A DNA stretch of 64,000 nucleotides from Candidatus Omnitrophota bacterium. Its GTDB lineage: Bacteria > Omnitrophota > Gorgyraeia > Gygaellales > Profunditerraquicolaceae. Of this stretch, positions 47,451-57,200 are shown in pieces; within the stretch, counting starts at the first letter, position 1, and each line of letters begins with the position of its first letter. The DNA is taken from the NCBI GenBank assembly GCA_016208765.1, contig JACQXK010000038.1, forward strand, positions 14,955-78,954, written 5' to 3'. The notes below the pieces were generated by a model. The model was given only the letters and a program-made list of their open reading frames with translations, did no database searches and was not told where the DNA came from. Both the position numbers and the translations under genes were made by a program.

Positions 47451-47793
47451 ATTCTTGAACAGCTAAGATATCACCAACTTGGGCTTGAGATGCGGAAATA
47501 CTGCCTGCGGAAAATTCTACAACATAGCGCGCCTGCCAGAAAATCGAGCTAAACTTAAACGGCTTAAGCGCAAAAAGCATAGCAACAACTTTGTAATTTT
47601 TGTCTAAAAAGAGCGCATCAATAGAGAAGCGCATAAAAAAGGTGTGAATTGAATTGCAGGGTTTAATTAATAACGCTGTATCTTGCGCCAAACTGCTTCT
47701 ACCCAGCAATCCCCTGGTCCTTGACCAAAAATTATCTGCAATAATCAGCTTCTGGGCAAGCACAATATTCTTAGTTTGATTTAGTAAGCGCAT
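47449..47793 (-). CDS. DUF192 family protein
   Basis: ADNFWSRTRGLLGR, CNSIHTFFMRFSIDALFLD and VVEFSAG. Confidence 0.85.
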   Translation of the reverse strand: MRLLNQTKNIVLAQKLIIADNFWSRTRGLLGRSSLAQDTALLIKPCNSIHTFFMRFSIDALFLDKNYKVVAMLFALKPFKFSSIFWQARYVVEFSAGSISASQAQVGDILAVQE

Positions 47794-47810
47794 TTAGATC
47801 CTTCGCTCGT

Positions 47811-49967
47811 TCAGGATGACGTCTTAAAGACATCATCGGACAAAGCAATGCCTTTAATTTTAAGCTCTTGCACAAATGGAGGGATGTAACCGGTAGCCGT
47901 AAAATTTCCTAAAACCTTGCCCTGATTGTCAACGCCGGTCTGACGAAAATTAAAAACGTCTTTTAAGCCGATATGTACTTCGTCTTTCATGCCGCTCAAC
48001 TCTGATATTTGTATTATTTTACGCGTCCCGTCGCTAAGGCGGGCAGTGTGCACAATAATATGCAATGCAGAAGCAATCATCTCACGAATAGCCCTGATCG
48101 GAAGCTCTACTCCTGACATAAGGATCATAGAATCAAGCCTGACTAAAACATCCTGCGTAGAATTAGCATGCACAGTCGTCATAGAGCCGTCGTGGCCTGT
48201 GTTCATTGCCTGAAGCATGTCCAGGGTTTCTGCGCCGCGGCACTCTCCTATAACAATTCTATCGGGGCGCATACGCAGAGTGTTACGAAAGAGTTCACGG
48301 ATAGAAATCATCCCTTTCCCTTCAATGTTAGGCGGACGCGACTCTAACCTGATCCAATGCTCCTGGCTTAATTTAAGTTCAGCCGCATCTTCAATAGTAA
48401 CAATTCGCTCGGTATTTGGGATAAAAGCTGAGAGGATATTTAAAACCGTAGTCTTACCCGAACCCGTCCCACCGGAAACAATAACATTCTTTCTGGCGAC
48501 AACACACGCCCTGATAAAATCTGCCATTGCCTTACTAACAGAGTTCATGGCGATTAATTCTTCTATCTTAAATTTTTCTTTTCTAAATTTACGGATCGTC
48601 AGCGTCGGCCCGGTAAGCGCCAAAGGCGGGATAATCGCGTTTACGCGCGAGCCGTCGGCAAGGCGGCTATCCACCATCGGCACAGATTCATCAATGCGCC
48701 GGCCGGTAGGAGCAATGATACGCTCAATAATCGTTTTTACCTGATCATTAGAAATAAACTTTTTGCTGGTCAGCTCTATTTTTCCATGACGCTCAATATA
48801 CACTTCATCTTTGTTATTAACCATGATGTCGGTAATGCCGGGGTCTGCCAAAAGGTCTTCTAAAGGGCCCAACCCAAGCGCCTCATCAACTATTTCCTTG
48901 ATAAATTTGTTGCGCACCTCCATAGAAGAAATAAAACTGCCGGCCTCATCGGTGAGTAAGTTAGAAACAATTACTTCTGCTTTCTTCCTAAGCTCATGTT
49001 TTTTCACCGCGTCGCTAAAGATCTTGACGTCTAGCCTTTTAATATTCATTTCATCAATCAGGCGGTTATGGATCCGGCGTTTGATCAAAAGCACCTGATC
49101 GGTTTCTGCTGCCACCTCTTCCTCTTGCCCGGCAACGCTAACACCGAATTCTTTCCAAAATGCCGCAGGCTTCTCCAACTGCTCCTTACCTGCCTCAAGA
49201 GCCCCGATCTCTCTGTGAGAAGTATATAATCTTTCTTCAACGATAAGTTTGTGCGCGAATTTCTTGATTGCCTGAGAGATGCCGGATTTAGGCACATCTA
49301 CCACTACCGGAACGCGGCGGTTAATAGAAAGCCCGACGATTTTACCCTCTGAGGGCAGTGCCGCAATAATCTCGCTGGACAAATTAACCTGCAACTCTTC
49401 AAGGCTGATACTTGAAACAGATTCTGAACGGTTAATCACCACCTTGATCATCGTCAAAGGAAAATGCATTGACTGCAAAGTATCCACAACCCACTTCGTC
49501 TGGTATACAGATAAAATATCCGGAGTTACCAAAAGAAGGATCAAGTTTGACTGATTAATTGAACGCATAAATATTTCATTAAAACTCTTACCGGCATCAA
49601 TTACAACATAATCATAATCGCTGGCATATAATTTAAAAATTGTATCAATGCACTCAGGAGGCAAAATCGCGGCCTGTTGCGGTTTTAAAACCGCAGGAAG
49701 GAAATCAAAACCAAAAGCAGTATGCGTAATAAATGCCTGCTTTTCCGCATCAGCCTTTTGTCTTTTAATGGCTCCGGAGATATCAATCATTGATTTTTGC
49801 GGGCCAAGATTAAGCATCCTTGACAGATCCCCTACACCCTGCAAATCAAAATCCATTAACAAGACGCGTTTTTTCTCGTCGCGGGAAAGGCTCGCGGCAA
49901 GATTAGAGGCGACAAAGGTTTTACCCACTCCACCTTTTGTGCTGAATATTGATATTACCTTAGACAT
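47811..49967 (-). CDS. cpaF: Fusion of CpaE/TadZ (MinD/ParA-like) and CpaF/TadA pilus ATPase
   Basis: N-half has STKGGVGKT and VVIDAG. C-half has GLGPLEDLL, GGTGSGKTT, TIEDAAEL, LRMRPDRIVIGECRG and MNTGHDGSMTTVHAN. Confidence 0.93.
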   Translation of the reverse strand: MSKVISIFSTKGGVGKTFVASNLAASLSRDEKKRVLLMDFDLQGVGDLSRMLNLGPQKSMIDISGAIKRQKADAEKQAFITHTAFGFDFLPAVLKPQQAAILPPECIDTIFKLYASDYDYVVIDAGKSFNEIFMRSINQSNLILLLVTPDILSVYQTKWVVDTLQSMHFPLTMIKVVINRSESVSSISLEELQVNLSSEIIAALPSEGKIVGLSINRRVPVVVDVPKSGISQAIKKFAHKLIVEERLYTSHREIGALEAGKEQLEKPAAFWKEFGVSVAGQEEEVAAETDQVLLIKRRIHNRLIDEMNIKRLDVKIFSDAVKKHELRKKAEVIVSNLLTDEAGSFISSMEVRNKFIKEIVDEALGLGPLEDLLADPGITDIMVNNKDEVYIERHGKIELTSKKFISNDQVKTIIERIIAPTGRRIDESVPMVDSRLADGSRVNAIIPPLALTGPTLTIRKFRKEKFKIEELIAMNSVSKAMADFIRACVVARKNVIVSGGTGSGKTTVLNILSAFIPNTERIVTIEDAAELKLSQEHWIRLESRPPNIEGKGMISIRELFRNTLRMRPDRIVIGECRGAETLDMLQAMNTGHDGSMTTVHANSTQDVLVRLDSMILMSGVELPIRAIREMIASALHIIVHTARLSDGTRKIIQISELSGMKDEVHIGLKDVFNFRQTGVDNQGKVLGNFTATGYIPPFVQELKIKGIALSDDVFKTSS

Positions 49968-49970
49968 AAT

Positions 49971-51647
49971 TTACTCTAACTGATAGGAAATCGGGATATC
50001 CACCCATAATTCTTTAGTGCCGATTGTCGTAGGAAACGGAGGATACTGAGAAATCTGTTTTGCAACTTTTAAAGCGTTATCGTCAAGTATTTTATAGTTT
50101 GAGGAATTCTTAACCACGGCATCCAGCAAATCACCTTTGTAAGAAATAAGCAGGCTCAGTTGCACTGTCCCTTCAAACCCGGATTGCTTTGCTTGGGCAG
50201 GATAGGCTAAATTCTTCATAATCTTTTGTTTGATTATGCCTGTGTATTTTGCAACAGGGTCTAACGCATACTCGTCTGCAACTTCAACTGTAGAAGCAGC
50301 TTTTTTTGCCTGCTCCATGCTAATATCCATTTGTTTTGCATCTGGGGTTAACGGTTGTTGAGGTTTTTCGGCATCTGCAGGCTGCTCCTCGGTTTTCTTT
50401 TCCAAATAAGGAGTTTCCCTGCTGACAATCGTCGGGGTAATGATAATATATAATTCGGTATCTGCTTTCTGCCCTGTGCCGCCGCCGGTCTTGGTTACTC
50501 TTTTTCTAAAAGCTCCCCCAACCAAAGGAAGGTCCCCGAACCAGGGAACCTTGGTTACCTGTTCCTCGGTTTTCCTGCGCATCAGGCCGCCGATGGATAA
50601 TGTCTGCCCGTTCAACAGGAATAGCTCTGTTGAGGCATTGCGCTTGGTTAATGGGAATGCCTTTGCAGTAATGTTGGTCGCTGTGCCAAGAGTTTCCGCC
50701 TCGCCGTAATCGCTAACCTCCATTTTCACTCCCAACTTAATACGGTCATCGGGCATTACTGTTGGTTTCATCTTAAGCTTAATCCCAAATTCTTTATACT
50801 CAACTTCTGTGCCGGAAGAACCTGCTGTCGCCGCCACAGAAGTAGTGAGCACGGGCTTTTCTCCTCCGACGAGCAATTCAGCTTCTTTGCCGCTTTGACA
50901 GGCAAGCCGCGGACGGGAAAGAATCTTTGCCTTACCCTCCTCTATTAAAGCATCCAGCTTTAAGGTAAATGCGCTGTCTCGCTTAACATTTAAAAGCCTG
51001 AATACATTAGAAAATGCCGTACCACCAGCAGCCAAACCCGGAGAGCCTACTTCAGTAAGACTGACAGAACTCGGCCAGGTAACTCCGAGAGTTTTGCTTG
51101 CATCCTGATCAAGTTCTAAAACCTGCACATCAATTTCTACCACAGATTCTTCTTCGCGGACAGTAGTCAAATTTATTGTTTTTGCCATTAAAGGGCCGAG
51201 CGCCAAAGAAATTTTTTTAATGTCATCGTCGCTTTTTACCCTGCCTAAAAGCATTACCTTGCCTTCCTCATCAGAATCCTTTGTATATACCTCGGGAAGA
51301 TCTAAAGTTTCGAGCATGCTGTCTATTCTACGTTTAATATCCTTCATATCTTCTGTATAGACCCTTATTTCCTGTGACTTTTCTCCGGAAGCATCCCAAT
51401 AAAAAAGAGTAGTTGTGCCTCGGCCTTTGGCAGCAACAATGATAGTATCTTTGCTGACCTCTACCACATCAATTACCTGAGGGTTAGAAATTACTATTCT
51501 CGTCGGGTTAGAAGCAGAAATAGGCCGCGTGTCTCCGACATACATAACAAATTCCTCGCCTGATTTATCCGCAGCGCCCAAAACGCCAAAACAACATAAA
51601 ATTGCAAACCCCGACACAATAAAACTCTGCAAGATTCTTTTTGTCAT
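49971..51647 (-). CDS. cpaC: CpaC/RcpA secretin with a C-terminal TonB_C domain
   Basis: Signal peptide, pilus-assembly N-domain, secretin motifs (ILSRPRL, VEYKEFGIKL, KVPWFGDLPLVG, ELYIIITP), then YPAQAKQSGFEGTV...SSNYKILDDNAL...PPFP. Confidence 0.9.
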   Translation of the reverse strand: MTKRILQSFIVSGFAILCCFGVLGAADKSGEEFVMYVGDTRPISASNPTRIVISNPQVIDVVEVSKDTIIVAAKGRGTTTLFYWDASGEKSQEIRVYTEDMKDIKRRIDSMLETLDLPEVYTKDSDEEGKVMLLGRVKSDDDIKKISLALGPLMAKTINLTTVREEESVVEIDVQVLELDQDASKTLGVTWPSSVSLTEVGSPGLAAGGTAFSNVFRLLNVKRDSAFTLKLDALIEEGKAKILSRPRLACQSGKEAELLVGGEKPVLTTSVAATAGSSGTEVEYKEFGIKLKMKPTVMPDDRIKLGVKMEVSDYGEAETLGTATNITAKAFPLTKRNASTELFLLNGQTLSIGGLMRRKTEEQVTKVPWFGDLPLVGGAFRKRVTKTGGGTGQKADTELYIIITPTIVSRETPYLEKKTEEQPADAEKPQQPLTPDAKQMDISMEQAKKAASTVEVADEYALDPVAKYTGIIKQKIMKNLAYPAQAKQSGFEGTVQLSLLISYKGDLLDAVVKNSSNYKILDDNALKVAKQISQYPPFPTTIGTKELWVDIPISYQLE

Positions 51648-51657
51648 TATTTTTCCT

Positions 51658-52590
51658 CTATTTATTGGATAAAGGCATTCTTTCTTTGTTTAAGCCCCGA
51701 TAAATCTCTACGAAACCTTTTTCTTCCCGCGGCTTTTCAGCTTCCACGTTAGAAGGAGTTATATAATTTAACAAGGTATCCCAATCAGCCGGCTTGGTTT
51801 TGTCAATCTGGGTATCTCCCGGAGAGCGCAGCACCAGCCTGATTTTTCCTTGTTCGTTAACAAACGATATTAAGTTCGCCTCTTCCGGAGAAAGCGCCAA
51901 TGTAATTAAAGGTGAAATGTCTTTCTTTTTGTCGCTGCCTTTGGATTTAAAAATCATTCCTGCTTGCGGAGATAAAATTTCATCTCCAACTGCCAGCACT
52001 AAAACGTTTTGAAATAAAGGCACAGTGCTTTTATCTTTTTGCTTTTCATTATCTTTTACGCCCATTGGCCCGCTGTTAGGCAGGGCAATAATAGCAATCA
52101 AATCCACAAAATCACCCGGCTTAATCATTCCTGCCAAAGAAGAGATATTGTCTACCGAAATCGTGATCGCCCTTTTCCCTGCGGGAGTAACTTCGGCTAA
52201 TCCGCTTTCTTTTTGGGTATATTTTTGCTTTCCGCCACCTTCTATCTGCGTGACCTTATTTGCAGTGATCTGTTCCCCTTTTAAAATATCTTCAATAACA
52301 CCCATTCCCGCTACTGCATCCATAGCTGTTGCCGCATTAGGACGGACATATTTTTCAGGGATTACTTGCGCAACAACCATAGAAGGATCTATAACTGTGC
52401 CGCGCGGAAGATCCTTATTTGCCACCAACACTGCCACCATAGAAGATTGTAAACGCTTAAATTCTTCTTTAGCGTTCTCTGTAACTTTTTTCTTTTCAGT
52501 CTCTATTAGATACTTGACCGTAAAGACAGTAACCACTGCCAAGACGATACTGATCAACACCATCGGGATTTTTTTCTGCATATTCTGCAT
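51658..52590 (-). CDS. cpaB: Flp pilus assembly protein CpaB/RcpC
   Basis: SAF-like VLVANKDLPRGTVI, GKRAITISVD, GMIKPGDFVD, QNVLVLAVG and GKIRLVLRS. Confidence 0.92.
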   Translation of the reverse strand: MQNMQKKIPMVLISIVLAVVTVFTVKYLIETEKKKVTENAKEEFKRLQSSMVAVLVANKDLPRGTVIDPSMVVAQVIPEKYVRPNAATAMDAVAGMGVIEDILKGEQITANKVTQIEGGGKQKYTQKESGLAEVTPAGKRAITISVDNISSLAGMIKPGDFVDLIAIIALPNSGPMGVKDNEKQKDKSTVPLFQNVLVLAVGDEILSPQAGMIFKSKGSDKKKDISPLITLALSPEEANLISFVNEQGKIRLVLRSPGDTQIDKTKPADWDTLLNYITPSNVEAEKPREEKGFVEIYRGLNKERMPLSNK

Positions 52591-52591
52591 A

Positions 52592-53509
52592 TTATTTAAT
52601 TTCTCCCTCAATAATTTCTATTTTTGCTCCGCGGTTTAGCTGATCAATCATATTTTCCATTTTCTGCTGCTGCTTTAAAAATACGAGCGCGCGCTTAATA
52701 TCATCCCACATTTCAGACAATGTCTTTTGCTTACCCCCACGCTTACCTTCTAATTTAACAATATAATAACCGTCGGGGCCTTTAAATATGCTGCTGACCT
52801 TGCCGACTTCCAGCGAATCGGAGAAAGCCACTGTATCAAACTGTTCCGACTTTTTACCTCTCTGCAAATATCCAAGGTCGCCTCCGGATGCCGCGCTCTT
52901 TGCCCTTGAGCGATCTTTTGCAATAGTGGCAAAATCTGCTCCCTGCAAAAGCTGGATCATAATATCTTTTGCATCCTGCTCGCTGGGAACCATAATCTCC
53001 CTGATCTGCCGCTCTTCGGGTTCCTTCAGCTTATCTTTATACAAGTTATAATATTCTTCAATTTCTCCTGAAGTAACATCCACATTTTCGGTTTCTTTAC
53101 GCACAAGCTCTAAGACAAGCAGATTCTGTTTTGTTTTTTCAAGCGCCAAAAGAATGTCTTCTTTTTTATCAAGCCCTTGCTTTAATGCCTCCTGATATAA
53201 AAGTATCTGGCGGACCTTGTCATTTTTCAAATACTCAATTTTTTTATCACGGGTGGTGATTTTTAATTCCGGCTTATCTGCCGGGACGGAAGCATTGTAG
53301 GCCTCTATATCCTGATTCAGATCTTCAAGTGTAACCGCTGTGCCGTTAACCTTAGCTACTATCGGCCCCTTTCCCACAAAAGCCGTAGAAACAGAAGCAG
53401 ATTTTTTCGCCGGGCTCTTTTTTTGCTGCAACATCGGGAGCTTATCGCAACCTATTATTACCATGATAGCACAAAATAAAACTAAAAGGATCCTTCTGTT
53501 CATCTTCAT
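52592..53509 (-). CDS. PpiC-type peptidyl-prolyl isomerase lipoprotein (PrsA/SurA-like)
   Basis: IIIGC lipobox, VAKVNG, GADFATIAKDRS, GGDLGY and GYYIVKL. Confidence 0.9.
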   Translation of the reverse strand: MKMNRRILLVLFCAIMVIIGCDKLPMLQQKKSPAKKSASVSTAFVGKGPIVAKVNGTAVTLEDLNQDIEAYNASVPADKPELKITTRDKKIEYLKNDKVRQILLYQEALKQGLDKKEDILLALEKTKQNLLVLELVRKETENVDVTSGEIEEYYNLYKDKLKEPEERQIREIMVPSEQDAKDIMIQLLQGADFATIAKDRSRAKSAASGGDLGYLQRGKKSEQFDTVAFSDSLEVGKVSSIFKGPDGYYIVKLEGKRGGKQKTLSEMWDDIKRALVFLKQQQKMENMIDQLNRGAKIEIIEGEIK

Positions 53510-53521
53510 CCTCCTTTAAAA

Positions 53522-53764
53522 CTACTCTTTTTTTATCTCGTTAATAATCTTGATCAACAATTCCGCAATCTTGGCGATAATATATAGGAAAAAGAACAGG
53601 AACCCGTATACAGCCAAAACCACAAGGCCCATCCAGCGCGGATACGTGCTGGCAAAACCCAGCATGATCGCAGCTCCCCCTACCGCTCCAAAAAACAAAA
53701 AAATCCAGGCAGCAGCTTTCACCACCACACTGGCAAATTTAAGAAACTCTAAATGTTCGCGCAT
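53522..53764 (-). CDS. Small two-TM membrane protein
   Basis: AAGGAGG RBS and two hydrophobic helices. Confidence 0.8.
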   Translation of the reverse strand: MREHLEFLKFASVVVKAAAWIFLFFGAVGGAAIMLGFASTYPRWMGLVVLAVYGFLFFFLYIIAKIAELLIKIINEIKKE

Positions 53765-54007
53765 CAAACCTCCTTGTTCAATATATTACTTGATTATTAT
53801 CATAAAGAAATTAAGAATGCAAGATATTTTTTAAATATTCTAATTTCAATGGGGAAAACTGCTGCTATCTTAGTATTTTTACGTAGATTTTTTCGTTACG
53901 GACATGCTCTTGGTGGCAAGAGTTATATTGTGCCTATACTCTGAGATTTACAACTATTCGGTGGTGCAATCTCACCCAGCTATTTATTTGGTAACGGGAG
54001 AATTTAG

Positions 54008-54082
54008 TAGCCCCAACCGGATTTGAACCGGTGTTTAGTGGCTGAGAACCACGCGTCCTAGACCAGGCTAGACGATGGGGCC
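54008..54082 (-). tRNA. tRNA-Glu (anticodon CTC)
   Basis: Cloverleaf GGCCCCA...TGGGGCT-A, anticodon loop TTCTCAG, T arm ACCGG-TTCAAAT-CCGGT. It is followed by CTA rather than CCA. A TTGACG-17-TAAAAT promoter lies upstream. Confidence 0.95.
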
Positions 54083-54141
54083 AAAAGCAGAATTCTTATT
54101 TTAGTTTAACAACATCATCTCGTCAATTAGTTTCTCCAATG

Positions 54142-54208
54142 AAAAGGGGGCACTGGCGTTCGGCATGATCATTTCGGCTGATAAGCCTACAGGCGGGCAG
54201 CGCCCCCT
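54142..54208 (-). terminator. Terminator-like stem after giant gene 3
   Basis: AGGGGGCGCTG...CAGTGCCCCC-TTTT with an unusually long loop. Confidence 0.5.
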
Positions 54209-54215
54209 AATTTAT

Positions 54216-57200
54216 TTATTTAGATACAAAGTTTATACCGGCTAAACTTGATTGAAATTCTTCTCCTGTTTTTTCCGACTCAAGCGCAACTAAAAATTGT
54301 TTTAAACCGGTGTCTGTCGCGCAACATTCTTCTTCCTGCTTTCTTAATATATCTGCCATCAGGCTGATTACTTTATCTATTTCCTGATCAAAATTATTTA
54401 CAGCGCAACAATTAGATAAATACTCTTTAATTCTTTGCGCTGAAGGAGTAATTCCTCCATTGAACATCCTCTCAATTGCTTGCCATTCTTTGGCTAAAGA
54501 GCCATCCGTAGAGTAGAGGAGGTTTAAACCTCCTCTACTAACTGGTGACTGGTGACTGGTGACTGGTGACAGCATCCCCGGCTGTGTCACAATCGGCAAA
54601 ACGCGCATATCAATACCACCTTTTTTGTCCGCTGATGATGAAACAGGATACTCAGTATTAACCATCGCAATATTTTCAGCTTCCTTCTTTTTTCTAGCGT
54701 CAACTAAACTAACTACCTTAGGCGGACTTTGTAATGTCAAATTAACACCTAATATCTTTGCTGATTTTTCCCTGATAAGATTAATCTCATCTGTAATAAG
54801 CCCATAATCGGATTGAGAAATAATCTCTTCACCTCTAACCTCTTTTGCATATTTTGATATTATCGTAATAAAACGGTTTACTGCATTCCAAGCATCTTCA
54901 TTGCTTCCGGAAATATTAATCTCGTAGCGCGGTTGTCCAAAAATCTCGTTAAGCTCATCACGAAGCTCTTTAACATTATCCGAACTCAAAGTCGTGTTCT
55001 GCAATATATAATCCCCCAGATGCATTCTTAAAAGCAACAGCAAATCTTTTACCTGTTTTTTATCTACGTTCAATCTGACATCTTCTTGTCCCGCGCTTAA
55101 CGAATAATCCCGGTTTATATTTATCACAGGAGGATATTTTTCCACCGCCGAGGAGGCTGTCGCACCGGCTCCCGCATTAACGTTATCTCTTTCGGTTTTT
55201 ATATTACCTCTCGTGGCATTGAGAATCTGTGATAACAATAATACTGCAGAAGTATCCGCTGCCTGCTGATTATATTTATTCTTAAAACCTATATATGTAT
55301 TAAACGCTCTTGCACCAGCTGCCGCAGGGTCAGCCATGAGTTTCTTAAAATTTTGAAGACTAAATTTCAAAGCTCCTTTTCTTCTGGAAATAAAATCCTT
55401 AGCCGATAAATTAAACAACCAATCCCCAGGAAAATATAAAATTGGTTTTACAAGGCCTGCCGGCTCAAATATATTTCTATCTTCACCGACAATACACAAA
55501 TCTGCGATTGCAAACATTTTTAACAATTCTCCTGTTGTATAGAGAATCAAAACATCCTTTTCCGACATGTCTACAAACTTTTCCGTAGTTGTTCCCCGGA
55601 TTTCAACGATTTTGCTTGCGACCGTTTCAGGTAAACCACCGGGCCATTTTTCTCTTGGCGCAAAAATTAATAGCGGCCTATCCTGACGGGGTAGATTACC
55701 ATATAATTCATCAAATGCCTTAGCCACAGCATTTGCTTCGTGATAATAAGGAGAGCCCACAACAATAATTTTTCTCTTACCGACATTTAATTCTTTTTTT
55801 ATCCGGGCTGCTTCCTCAGAAGCCACAAATTCCTGCATACTGTGTTTAAAAGGAAAGTAGGGCAATGAAACAGAGGCGCCCACCTCTTTATCAACTCCGC
55901 GATGATCATGAAATTCTATCCAGATATACCTCCCATCATCCTGAACCTTGTTGGGCGCAACGAGCTTTTCTGCACGATAACCTGGAAATTCTTTTTCTAC
56001 AACTTCTTTTTCTTGGATATCCCCAAGAAAACTAAATTCGGCTGTGCCGCTATCCAAACCTAATGCTTCAATAAAACCTCTGGCGGCACGAAGCGAAGCA
56101 AACTCATAGGCGACAAACTTAATTTTTTTTCCGCTTAATTTTAAAGCATTTTTAAAAATACGGCCGATTGCGATGATTTGATCGCGGCCGACAGCCTCAT
56201 CTGGCCTGCCCAATTTATCAACTAACTTATTAAATAAAATTAACGCGAGATTCTCAAGTTCTGCCTGAGCATTTTCTTTGCCTATTCTTTCAGCGCCAAA
56301 AAAGACATTGCTGATTCGTAACAAATTTGCTTTGGTTTGCACAGAATTACCGACAACAACTATTTCATCTTTTAAGACAGGAAAGGCAGTCTCAAATAAA
56401 TCCACTGCGTTTTCTTTCGCCAATACACCGGCTTCTACAAGGGTCTCAAAATACCTATCAAAAAACTCCATCCCAAACTCTTTAACAAAAACCTGTAGGC
56501 TATCAATAAACAAGTTATTAGATTCTCTGCCGCTAGCCATAAGCAGAGAAACAAGGCCATTGCCAATTCTTTGCAGATTCTTGGTAGTTTTTTCTGCATC
56601 ATCTTTTACGACAATTAACTCTTTAAATATTACCAAACCCAACTCACACAGAACCCATGCTTCCTCGCCTGAAGATTTAAAAAGCTCAACAAGAACATTC
56701 CAATTTGTTTCCATAAAATGCTCTCCGTATGCTTTATAGAAAACTGGCAGGCTATTTGCAAATAAGAGAATGGCGTTTTCTCCGGAGCTCTGGGCAATCT
56801 CTACCAAGCTATCCCAATGTTTAGTGACAAAGGCCATGCCGACTTCTTTTGTTAACCTGGGTAAAGCAATACGGAATAGAGGGCTTGCTATTTTTTTATT
56901 AGCCCCACAGAACTCAACCAGTCTTTCAGAAATTCCTGTCAAAGAAAGAATTTGCTGAGTCTCTTCAGGAAGGTCATTAAATGAAATTTTTGTAAAAGTA
57001 AAGATTTCTTTATTATAATCTTCCCTGATTGAGCCTCCCACCGCCGATGAGGAAACGTTGGATAACTTAGGCTTAAATGCGATCGCCGCAGGAGAATTGT
57101 CTTTTTCATTTTCAAAAATAATTCTCTCAACTTCTTTCTTTCTATTTTTATAAATGTCAGCTATCAGTTCATCAACATAGGGAACCCTTTTTTCAATCCT

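Noticed and set aside
53770-54210. Genomic island integrated at tRNA-Glu
   Set aside because: I saw no integrase and no duplicated tRNA 3' end in the window.
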